A stretch of 64,000 nt of DNA from Anaeromyxobacter sp. Lineage in GTDB: Bacteria > Myxococcota > Myxococcia > Myxococcales > Anaeromyxobacteraceae. Below, one piece after another: positions 11,443 through 19,535 of the stretch. The DNA is taken from the NCBI GenBank assembly GCA_035708485.1, contig DASSSJ010000118.1:155771-219770 (forward strand). Direction: 5' to 3'. The number at the start of each line of letters is the position of its first letter. Position 1 is the stretch's first letter. The position numbers and the translations under genes are program-made. Below the pieces are notes generated by a model. The model searched no databases. It had not been told where the DNA came from and saw only the letters and a list, made by a program, of their open reading frames with translations.

Positions 11443-12033
11443 TCAGGCCGCGCGGCGGGGCGCCGTGTGGGTCGCGACGGAAGGCCGGGAGAGCACGGCC
11501 GCCTCCCACCGCGCGAGGCGCGGCAGGCCGAGCGCCGCCGGGCGCAGCCGCGCCGGGAGCTTCGCCACGAACGGCGCGAGCGCGATGTCCGCGATGGAGA
11601 ACGCGCCCGCGAGGAAGCCGCCGTCGGGGGGGACCTCGACCTCGAGCCCCGCGAGCGCCTCGCGGATCGCCTGCTCCGCCGGCGCCTTCTCCGCGCCGGT
11701 GCCGCGCGCGAGCCGGAACACCGGGCCGCCGAGCGCGGCGGTGATCCGGTCGTGGAGGAGCCGCGCGCGGGCGCGCGCGAGCGGGTCGGCGGGGAGGATC
11801 GGGTGCTCGGGCCAGCGCTCGTCCAGGTACTGGAGGATCACGAGCGACTCCGGGAGCGAGGCGCCGCCGTCGAGCACGAGCACCGGGACGCCGCCGGCCG
11901 GGTTCACGCGGAGCAGCTCGGGCGGCTTGTTCGCGAGGTCGATCTCGCGCTCGCGGTAGGCGAGGCCCTTCTCGGCGAGCGCGATGCGCACCCGCATGCA
12001 GTACGGACAGACCCAGGCGTGCCAGAGCTCCAT
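11443..12033 (-). CDS. Glutathione S-transferase family protein
   Basis: CPYCMRVRIAL, NPAGGVPVL, ESLVILQYLDE, FSIADIA. Confidence 0.9.
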   Translation of the reverse strand: MELWHAWVCPYCMRVRIALAEKGLAYREREIDLANKPPELLRVNPAGGVPVLVLDGGASLPESLVILQYLDERWPEHPILPADPLARARARLLHDRITAALGGPVFRLARGTGAEKAPAEQAIREALAGLEVEVPPDGGFLAGAFSIADIALAPFVAKLPARLRPAALGLPRLARWEAAVLSRPSVATHTAPRRAA

Positions 12034-12100
12034 GGCCCCGGGTCTAACGCGGCGCGGCCGCGTCCGCCGGGGGCGACGCCGCGCGCCCCGGGCAGGAGCG

Positions 12101-12442
12101 TCACGGCGGAGACGGCGCGTCCGTCGCGCCGGAGGCCTCCGCCCGCTCCTCCTCGCCCACGATCGGGCCCGCGTGGCCGGTGTGAAGCGCCATCATCCGC
12201 GCGAGCGCCGCGTCGCGCCGGCGCAGCCACTCGAGGAGCATCGTCGCGTGCTCCTTCTCCTCGTCGCGGTTGTGCGCGAGGATCTCCCGCAGCTCGGGAT
12301 CCTCCGTCGCGTCGATGCGCTGCTGGTACCAGTCGATCGCCTCGAGCTCCTCCTGGAGCGACACGATCGCGCGGTGCAGGTCCTTCGTGAGCGGGGTGAG
12401 GACGCTCTCGTCCTCGTGGAACCCCTGGGAGGCGGCGGCCAT
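12101..12442 (-). CDS. Encapsulin-type ferritin-like protein (EncFtn family)
   Basis: HRAIVSLQEELEAIDWYQQR and LAHNRDEEKEHATMLLEWLRR match the EncFtn ferroxidase signature. Confidence 0.88.
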   Translation of the reverse strand: MAAASQGFHEDESVLTPLTKDLHRAIVSLQEELEAIDWYQQRIDATEDPELREILAHNRDEEKEHATMLLEWLRRRDAALARMMALHTGHAGPIVGEEERAEASGATDAPSPP

Positions 12443-12614
12443 GCCTGGAGGTGCGCACGCGCGCACCGCGCGGGAAGCGCGGCGAGAGGTCCCGGCCCGG
12501 GCGCCCCGCCCGCCGGACGCGTGCCGCGGCCGGCCGGGCGGATTATGGAGGCCGCGGCGGCCCGCCCGGGCGGGCGCATCGGGCCCCTCTCGCGGGCCGC
12601 GGAAGGAGGCACGC

Positions 12615-12986
12615 GTGGCCGAGGAGAGGACGTACACCGGAGGGTGCCACTGCGGCGCGGTCAGGTACCGGGTCAGGATGGCGCTGGAGAGCGCCCTCGT
12701 GTGCAACTGCTCCATCTGCTCCAGGACCGGCACGATGCTGTCCTTCGTGCCGGCCGGCCGCTTCGAGCTGACGTCGGGCGAGGACGTGCTGACGGACTAC
12801 CAGTTCGGGAAGCGGTGGATCCACCACCTGTTCTGCAGCCGGTGCGGCGTCCGCTCCTTCGCGCGCGGCGCGCTGGCGAACGGCGACCCGATCGCGGCGA
12901 TCAACGTCCGGTGCCTCGACGGCGTCGATCTCGACGCGGTGCCGCTGAAGCGGTTCGACGGTCGGTCGTTGCCGATCGAGGCCTGA
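12615..12986 (+). CDS. GFA/CENP-V family Zn protein
   Basis: AGGAGG RBS and GTG; GGCHCG, CNCSIC, FCSRCG, INVRCL. Confidence 0.9.
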   Translation: MAEERTYTGGCHCGAVRYRVRMALESALVCNCSICSRTGTMLSFVPAGRFELTSGEDVLTDYQFGKRWIHHLFCSRCGVRSFARGALANGDPIAAINVRCLDGVDLDAVPLKRFDGRSLPIEA

Positions 12987-13902
12987 GCGGCGCCGCGCGG
13001 ACGCCGAGCGCCGGGTTCCGCTCCAGCTCCTCGATCGTCCGCGGCCAGTCCTGCTTGAGCAGGCGCGCGAGCGATCGGTCCGACAGGATCTGCCCGCCGG
13101 TCTGGCATCGGGGACAGTAGTTCACCTCGTTCTCCGCCCGGACGATGCGCTGCACCGCGGTCCCGCAGACCGGGCAGGGGCGGCGGTGCCTCCCGTGGAC
13201 CGCCATCTCCTCGCGGAACGCCGTGACGCCCTCGGGGAACGCGCCGGCGGCCTCGGCGCGGAGCCGCTCCGTCCACTCGGACAGCACGGCGCGCGCCGCG
13301 TCGAACAGCGCGGCGACCTCGTCGGCGGAGAGACGCGAGGTGAGCTTCACCGGCGAGAGGCGCGCCCGGTGGAGGATCTCGTCCGAGTAGGCGTTCCCGA
13401 TCCCGGAGAGGAGGCCCGGGTCGGTGAGGGCGCGCTTCAGGGTGTGGCTCTCCCGCAGGAGCGCGGCGCGGAACGCGGCGAGGTCCGCCGAGAGCACCTC
13501 GAGGCCGCCGCGGTCGAGCGCGGCGAGCGCCGCCTCGCCCCGCAGGACGTGGAGCGCCGCGCGGCGCTTCGTGCCCGCCTCGGTGAGGACCAGCGCGCCG
13601 CCGGGGAAGTCGAAGGCGGCGAGCCCGACGCGGCCGGGGAGCTTCGCCCCGGGCTCCCTCCAGTGCAGGCGGCCGGCGATCATGAGGTGGAGGACGACGA
13701 ACAGCTCGCCCTCCAGGGAGAGCACGATGCGCTTCCCGAGCCGGCGCACCGCGACGACGCGGCGGCCCTCGACCTCCGCGAGCGGGACCTCCGCGGAGCG
13801 CAGCAGGAACGGGCTCCCGACCCGGACGCGGAGGAGCGGCGCGCCCGCCACGCGCGCGGCGAGCGCCTCGACGTACACCTCGATGTCCGGCAGCTCCGGC
13901 AC
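12901..13902 (-). CDS. Fpg/Nei family DNA glycosylase
   Basis: N-terminal PELPD, RLGK, HLMIAG, H2TH GIGNAYSDEIL, zinc finger CPVC..CPRCQ. Confidence 0.9.
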   Translation of the reverse strand: MPELPDIEVYVEALAARVAGAPLLRVRVGSPFLLRSAEVPLAEVEGRRVVAVRRLGKRIVLSLEGELFVVLHLMIAGRLHWREPGAKLPGRVGLAAFDFPGGALVLTEAGTKRRAALHVLRGEAALAALDRGGLEVLSADLAAFRAALLRESHTLKRALTDPGLLSGIGNAYSDEILHRARLSPVKLTSRLSADEVAALFDAARAVLSEWTERLRAEAAGAFPEGVTAFREEMAVHGRHRRPCPVCGTAVQRIVRAENEVNYCPRCQTGGQILSDRSLARLLKQDWPRTIEELERNPALGVRAAPLRPRSATTDRRTASAAPRRDRRRRGTGR

Positions 13903-14099
13903 GGGGGGATCCTGCCGGGACCGCCGGGCCGGCGCCACACGGACGGGGTGGCCCGGCTCACGGCGGCACCCCGTTCGCCCGAGCCCCGGGCCCGTGCGCG
14001 CACGCGAGCCCGACCCGGCGGCTCGAGCCCCGCTCGCGGCCGCGCCGCGCGCAGCCCGATGGCTGAAGGCCGACCGCCGCCGTGCTAGAGAACGTCGAC

Positions 14100-14378
14100 A
14101 TGCCCGCGGACCGATCCTCCTCGCGCACGCGCCTCGCCCGGCGCCGCTTCCTCGGGGCGCTCGCCGCCGCGCCGGCGGCGCTCGCGGGCTGCTCGGGTGC
14201 GGCGGCGGCGCCCGGCGCGACCGCGCGCGCGCCCGGCGCGCCCGCGCCGGCCGGCGCCGCGGGCCGCCCCCCCGCGCCCGACGCGGCCACCCGGGCGGTG
14301 CGCGAGCAGCCGCTCGCGGCGGACGCGGAGCCCGCGTTCGTGTTCCGGGCCGGCGCGGCGCGACCGGGAGAGCCGTAG
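14100..14378 (+). CDS. Small Tat-signal lipoprotein with GatC/AtzG-like C-terminus
   Basis: ARRRFLG twin-arginine motif, LAGC lipobox, Ala/Pro linker, VREQPLAADAEPAFVFRA; stop overlaps amidase start. Confidence 0.7.
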   Translation: MPADRSSSRTRLARRRFLGALAAAPAALAGCSGAAAAPGATARAPGAPAPAGAAGRPPAPDAATRAVREQPLAADAEPAFVFRAGAARPGEP

Positions 14379-15820
14379 TGGGGAGCGACGCCGACGTCCT
14401 GTTCGCCGGGCTCGCGGCGCTCTCCGGGCGCGTCCGCACGCGCGAGGTCTCGCCGGTCGCGCTCGTCGAGGCCGCGCTCGCGCGCGCGGACGCCGCGGGG
14501 CGCCTCGGCTGGATCGTGACCCTCACCGCGGAGCGGGCGCGCGCCGCCGCCCGCGACGCCGAGGCGGAGATCGGCGCCGGACGGTGGCGCGGCCCGCTGC
14601 ACGGGATCCCCTGCGGGCTCGAGGACCTCGTCGACACGCGCGGGGTGCGCACGACGCGCGGGGCGCGGCCGTACGCGGAGCGGGTGCCGGAGCGCGACGC
14701 GACGGTGGCGGCCCGGCTCGCGGAGGCGGGCGCCGTCCTCGTCGCGAAGCTCGCGACGATCGAGCTCGGGGGCAGGCTCGGCTACGGGACCCCGGCCGCG
14801 TCGCTCAGCGGGCCGTGCCGGAACCCGTGGGATCCCGATCGCTGGGCGGGCGGCGCCGCGGGCGGGCCGGCCGCCGCGGTGGCGGCGGGCGTGGTGCCGT
14901 TCGCGATCGGCGTCGACGTGCGCGGCTCGCTCACCGATCCCGCCGCGTTCTGCGGCGTGACGGCGCTCCGGCCGACCTACGGCGTGCTCCCGCGGACCGG
15001 CGTCGGCGCCGGCGCGTACACCTTCGCCGTCCCCGGGCCGGTGGCGCGCTCGGCCGACGACTGCGCCGCGGTGCTCGCCACGCTCGCGGGCGCCGACCCG
15101 CGGGACCCGTCGTCGATCGCTCCGCCGCGCGCGGTGGAGCGCGTGCGGCCGGAGCTCGCCCGCGGCCTGCGCGTCGGCGTGCTCGCCGCCGCGCCCGGCC
15201 GCGAGCCGCTCCCCGCGGCGGCCGCGGCGCTCGCGTCGGCGCAGGACGTGCTGGCCGCGGGCGGCGCCATCGTCGAGCCGGCCGAGCTGCCGGCGCTGCC
15301 CTTCGAGGAGATCGCGGCGGTCCTCCTCGAGGCCGAGGCGGCGAACGCGCTCGAGGACGTCGTCCGCAGCGGCCGCACGCGCGAGCTGGACGACCCCTCC
15401 CACCGCGGGAAGGGGCCGGACGAGTACGCGCCGCGCGCCACCTCCGCCGACTACGTCCGCGCCGCGCGGCTGCGCGGCGAGGCGCAGCGCGCGATGGCCC
15501 GGCTCCTCGAGCGGCACGACCTCCTGCTCGCGCCGAACCTCCCCGTGCTCGCGCCGAGGGTCGGCGACGGGCTCGCGCCGCTCCGGGCCCCGGGCGATCC
15601 GCTGGGCGCCGCGGTCGCGCTCGCGGGGTTGCCCGCCGCGGCGATCCCGATCGGCTTCGCGAGGGGGCTCCCGCTCTCCGCCCTGATCGTCGGCCCCCCG
15701 CTCGAGGAGGCGCGCCTCCTCTCCGCGGCCGCGTCGTTCCAGGCGCGGACGTCCCACCACCTCCAGCGCCCGCCGCAGCCGCCGGTCCGGCCCGGCGCCG
15801 CCGCGGTGACGCGGCGGTGA
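14378..15820 (+). CDS. Amidase-signature family protein with degenerate catalytic triad
   Basis: GPLHGIP, RNPWD, PAAFCG, RPTYG fold motifs; GLED and GGAAGG replace GxKD and GGSSGG. Confidence 0.85.
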   Translation: MGSDADVLFAGLAALSGRVRTREVSPVALVEAALARADAAGRLGWIVTLTAERARAAARDAEAEIGAGRWRGPLHGIPCGLEDLVDTRGVRTTRGARPYAERVPERDATVAARLAEAGAVLVAKLATIELGGRLGYGTPAASLSGPCRNPWDPDRWAGGAAGGPAAAVAAGVVPFAIGVDVRGSLTDPAAFCGVTALRPTYGVLPRTGVGAGAYTFAVPGPVARSADDCAAVLATLAGADPRDPSSIAPPRAVERVRPELARGLRVGVLAAAPGREPLPAAAAALASAQDVLAAGGAIVEPAELPALPFEEIAAVLLEAEAANALEDVVRSGRTRELDDPSHRGKGPDEYAPRATSADYVRAARLRGEAQRAMARLLERHDLLLAPNLPVLAPRVGDGLAPLRAPGDPLGAAVALAGLPAAAIPIGFARGLPLSALIVGPPLEEARLLSAAASFQARTSHHLQRPPQPPVRPGAAAVTRR

Positions 15821-15845
15821 CGCCGGGGAAGGAGCATCCCGCGCC

Positions 15846-16574
15846 GTGAACGTCCTCCTCGCCGTCATCGGCTATCCGGTGGCGATCGCGCTCGTCGTGC
15901 TCGCCCTCCCGGTGCAGGCGCTCCTCCTCCTCGCGACGGCCCCGTTCGACCGCAACCGGGCCGTCCCGGGCCGGTTCCTGCGCTTCGTCGGCGTCCTCAT
16001 CTCGAAGACGTTCCCGCCGTGGCGGCTCGGCGTGGAGGGCGCGTGGCCGCCGGGGGGGCCGTTCGTGGTGGTCGCGAACCACCAGTCCATCCTGGACATC
16101 CTGCTGCTGTCGCGGATGCCGCGGGAGATGAAGTGGGTGGCGAAGGAGGAGCTGTTCCGGATCCCGTGGGTCGGCACGATGCTGCGGATGAGCGGCGACA
16201 TCGCCATCCGGCGCGGCGACGCGGAGAGCGGAGGCGAGGCGCTGGCGCGCGCGAAGTCGTACCTCGCGCGCGGCATGAGCGTGATGATCTTCCCCGAGGG
16301 GACGCGCAGCAGGACGGGCGCGCTCCTGCCGTTCAAGTCCGGCGCGTTCCGGCTCGCGCTCGACGCGGGCGTGCCGGTGCTCCCGGTGGCCGTGCACGGG
16401 ACCGCGCGCGGCATGCCGAAGGGCGGGCCGTGGGTGAACCCCTGCCGGGCGCGCGCCCGGATCCTGTCGCCCGTCCCCGTGGAGGGCTACGGCGGCGACG
16501 CGGTCCGGCTCCGCGACGACGTGCGCGCGCGGATCCAGGCGGCGGAGCGGGAGCTCGCGGCGGCGCTCGCCTGA
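15846..16574 (+). CDS. 1-acyl-glycerol-3-phosphate (lysophospholipid) acyltransferase
   Basis: NHQSILD and FPEGTRS motifs. Confidence 0.92.
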   Translation: MNVLLAVIGYPVAIALVVLALPVQALLLLATAPFDRNRAVPGRFLRFVGVLISKTFPPWRLGVEGAWPPGGPFVVVANHQSILDILLLSRMPREMKWVAKEELFRIPWVGTMLRMSGDIAIRRGDAESGGEALARAKSYLARGMSVMIFPEGTRSRTGALLPFKSGAFRLALDAGVPVLPVAVHGTARGMPKGGPWVNPCRARARILSPVPVEGYGGDAVRLRDDVRARIQAAERELAAALA

Positions 16575-16618
16575 TGCGCGACGGCGTCACCGGGTTCGCC
16601 CGGGCCCCGGGCCCCGAG

Positions 16619-16656
16619 CCCGTGCACGAGCCCGGCAGCTTCGGGCGCGGGCGCGC
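16619..16656. repeat. Short intergenic repeat (family B, copy 1)
   Basis: CCCGTGCACGAGCCCG...CGGGCGCGGGCGCGC, both blocks also present at 33266-33306. Confidence 0.6.
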
Positions 16657-16738
16657 GGTTCGGGCGGATCGACGCGAGCGAGGTCGCGCGAGGCCGCGGG
16701 CTCGCCCGGCGCGGGCCGCCGTGGCAATCTTTCCGGCC

Positions 16739-17920
16739 ATGCCGGTCCTCCTCGGCTGGGGCGCGCGGCCGCTCGAGTGTCCCGCGCCTCCGGGCGTCCG
16801 CCTCCGCGTCCTCGAGCCGCCCCGGCCGCCGCCCGTCCCCGACGTCGCCGCCGCGCTCGACGCGGCCCTCGCGCACCCGGCGGGCGCGCGCCCGCTCGCG
16901 AGCGTCGCGACCGCCCGCACGCGCGTCGTGGTGGTCGTGTCGGACGCGTCCCGCGACGAGCCCCGCGCGGCGCTCTTCGCGGCGGCCCGGCGCGCGCTCG
17001 CCGCCGTCCCGGACGATCACCTCACCATCGCCGTCGCGAACGGCACGCACGCGCCCGGGCCGGTGGAGGCGCTCGGGCTCCCCGCAGACGTGCTGCGCCG
17101 CCACCGGATCGTGAACCACGACGGCCGCGACGCCGCCTCGATGGTCGAGATGGGGCGGACGAGCCGCGGCACGCGCGTGCGGGTGAACCGGTGCGTCGCG
17201 GAGGCGGACCTCGTCGTGACGACCGGGCGCGTGAAGCCGCACTACTTCGCGGGGTGGGGCGGCGGCGCGAAGGGCATCTTCCCCGGCCTCGGGCACGAGG
17301 AGGACGTCCGCAAGAACCACGAGCTGAAGGCCGATCCCGCCTCCTCGCTCGGCCGCGCGGACGCGAACCCGTGCCGCGAGGACCTGGAGGAGGCCGTGCG
17401 GCGGCTCGGGCGCGACACCTACCTCGTGAACGTCGTCGAGGCCGGCGGCGTCGTGCTCGCCGCGGTCGCGGGCGACGTCGTCCTCGCCCACCGCGAGGGC
17501 GTCCGCATGGCGCGGCCGTGGTGCGAGGTGGAGGCGGAGCCGGCGGACGCGGTCGTCGTCTCGGCGCCGCTCCCCGTGAGCGGCTCGCTGTACCAGGCGT
17601 CCAAGCTGGTGCCGCCCGCCGCCCTCCTGCTGCGCGACGGCGGTACGGTGGTGGTCGCGGCCGAGTGCCCGGACGGCACCGGGCCGCTCCGGACGGTGAA
17701 CGAGAAGATCTTCGAGCTCGGCGTGCGGCGGTACCTGCCGGCGCGGCACACGCTCTACCTCGTGTCGGCGATGGACGAGGCGACGGTGCGCACGACGTAC
17801 GCGACCTGGGCGCCGGGCGTCGAGTGGGCGCTCGAGCGCGCCCGCGACGCCGCGGGGAAGGACGCGCTCGACGTGCTGGTGCTGCCGGACGCGAGCGACC
17901 TCGTGCCCGTCGCGAGGTAG
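16739..17920 (+). CDS. LarA (lactate racemase/DUF2088) family nickel-pincer enzyme homolog
   Basis: SDASR, ANGTH, PHYFAGWGGGAKGIFPG, NH, YQASK, AECPDG. Confidence 0.85.
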   Translation: MPVLLGWGARPLECPAPPGVRLRVLEPPRPPPVPDVAAALDAALAHPAGARPLASVATARTRVVVVVSDASRDEPRAALFAAARRALAAVPDDHLTIAVANGTHAPGPVEALGLPADVLRRHRIVNHDGRDAASMVEMGRTSRGTRVRVNRCVAEADLVVTTGRVKPHYFAGWGGGAKGIFPGLGHEEDVRKNHELKADPASSLGRADANPCREDLEEAVRRLGRDTYLVNVVEAGGVVLAAVAGDVVLAHREGVRMARPWCEVEAEPADAVVVSAPLPVSGSLYQASKLVPPAALLLRDGGTVVVAAECPDGTGPLRTVNEKIFELGVRRYLPARHTLYLVSAMDEATVRTTYATWAPGVEWALERARDAAGKDALDVLVLPDASDLVPVAR

Positions 17921-17958
17921 CGCGGCGACCCCGACCCCGACCTCGCTCCCGACCTTCC

Positions 17959-18621
17959 GTGCCCGCGCCCAGCTTCCCCCTCCTGCTCGCGCTCGACCTC
18001 GCGGCGACCTGCGTCTTCGCGGTCACGGGCGCGCTCGCCGCCCGCCGCAAGCGGTTCGACGTGATCGGCGTCGCGGTCCTGGCGCTCGTCGCGGGGCTGG
18101 GCGGCGCGCTCCTGCGCGACGGCCTGTTCCTGCAGGCGGGCCCGCCCGTGGTGATCCGGGACGGCCGGTACCTCGCCGCGGTGCTCGCGGGGGGCGTCGC
18201 CGGCGTCTGGTTCACCGCCCACCTGCACCGGCTGTCGCTCCTCTTCCTGCTGACGGACGCCGTCGGCCTCGGGCTGTACGCGGCGGTCGGCGCGCAGAAG
18301 GCGACCGAGGCGGGCCTGCCGTTCCTGGGCGCGCTCCTCGTCGCGAGCGTGAACGCGGTCGGGGGGAGCCTCCTGCGCGACGTCCTGTGCGGGGAGGTGC
18401 CGCTGCTCCTCCGGCCGGGCGAGCTGTACGCCATCGCTGCCATAGGCGGCGGGACCGCCTTCCTCGCCCTCTCGCGCCTCGCGGACGCGCCGGACGCGGT
18501 GGCGGCGACCGCGTGCGTCGCGATCGCGTTCGCGCTGCGGATCGCGTCGGTGCGGCTCGGGTGGCGGACGGCGGCGCTCGAGGACGAGCCGGGGCGGGAG
18601 GATCCGGGGGAGGGTCGCTGA
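17959..18621 (+). CDS. TRIC/UPF0126 family membrane protein
   Basis: FAVTGAL, GGALLRD, DAVGLG, GAQK, GGSLLRD, ELYA repeats. Confidence 0.9.
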   Translation: MPAPSFPLLLALDLAATCVFAVTGALAARRKRFDVIGVAVLALVAGLGGALLRDGLFLQAGPPVVIRDGRYLAAVLAGGVAGVWFTAHLHRLSLLFLLTDAVGLGLYAAVGAQKATEAGLPFLGALLVASVNAVGGSLLRDVLCGEVPLLLRPGELYAIAAIGGGTAFLALSRLADAPDAVAATACVAIAFALRIASVRLGWRTAALEDEPGREDPGEGR

Positions 18622-18671
18622 CGGCCCGCGACCCCGATCCGGACCCTCGCTCGACCCGACCGGAGACCCGG

Positions 18672-18696
18672 GTCACAACGGCCCGCGCCCGCTGTC
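18672..18696 (+). promoter_or_regulatory. Putative ECF promoter upstream of the ECF gene
   Basis: GTCACA-N15-TGTC; same spacing at 19475 and 24268. Confidence 0.5.
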
Positions 18697-18860
18697 CTCC
18701 GCAGCAGCCGTGCGAGGGGTGCTGCTCGCCGGGCCCTCGGGGGGGCGCTCGGGCGGCCCCCCTCGCCGGCTGCAGGTCCCGACCTCCGCCGGCCTGGGGG
18801 ACGCGAGCGTTGCCCTTCGCATCTGTCACCGAACGTCGCAAGCCGGTACCATGCAGGGCC

Positions 18861-19442
18861 ATGGACGCGAAGGCTCCGCTGGACGCCGAGGCGCGGATCG
18901 GTGCGCTCCTCGCGGCGGGCGACGAGCGGGGCGCGGCGACCGAGGCGATGCGCGCCTTCGGCCCCAAGATCCTCGGCTACCTGCGCTCGATCCTGCGGGA
19001 CGAGGCGGACGCGGGAGACGCGTTCTCCGTGTGGGCCGAGCACCTCTGGCGCGGGATCCGGTCGTTCCGCGGCGACTCGTCCTTCCGGACCTGGGCCTTC
19101 AAGATCGCGTACAACGCGGCGCTCAACGTCCGGAACGAGGCGTGGCGGCGCCTGGGCAGGGGCTTCGAGCCCGGCGAGGCGTCGCGCCTCGCGGAGGAGA
19201 TCCGGACGAAGACCGCGGTGCGGGAGGAGCGCCAGCGCACGCGGCTCGAGGAGATCCGCGCGCAGCTCACGCCGGAGGAGCAGACGCTGCTCACGCTGCG
19301 CATCGACCAGCAGCTCTCCTGGGACGAGATCGCGGCCGTGCTCTCCGCGAACGGCGACCCCGTGGACCCGGCGGCGCTCCGCAAGCGCTTCCAGCGGCTC
19401 AAGGAGCGGCTCGCGGAGATGCTCCGCGACCCCGGCGAGTAG
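18861..19442 (+). CDS. ECF RNA polymerase sigma factor
   Basis: Region 2 (DAGDAF, FRGDSSFRTWAFKIAYN) and region 4 (LTPEEQTLLTLR, LSWDEIAAVL, LRKRFQR). Confidence 0.9.
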   Translation: MDAKAPLDAEARIGALLAAGDERGAATEAMRAFGPKILGYLRSILRDEADAGDAFSVWAEHLWRGIRSFRGDSSFRTWAFKIAYNAALNVRNEAWRRLGRGFEPGEASRLAEEIRTKTAVREERQRTRLEEIRAQLTPEEQTLLTLRIDQQLSWDEIAAVLSANGDPVDPAALRKRFQRLKERLAEMLRDPGE

Positions 19443-19474
19443 CCGAGGGCGCGTCGCGGGCCCTGGCGAGCTGC

Positions 19475-19499
19475 GTCACGAGCGCGCCGGGCGGCTGTC
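19475..19499 (+). promoter_or_regulatory. Putative ECF promoter upstream of the kinase
   Basis: GTCACG-N15-TGTC, 36 nt before the ATG. Confidence 0.5.
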
Positions 19500-19535
19500 G
19501 TTACTGGAGGGAGCAGCCCCGCTCCGGCGACACCC

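Noticed and set aside
12901-12986. 86-nt convergent overlap of the GFA and Fpg/Nei genes
   Set aside because: The Fpg tail is low-complexity and probably results from stop-codon drift in GC-rich DNA.
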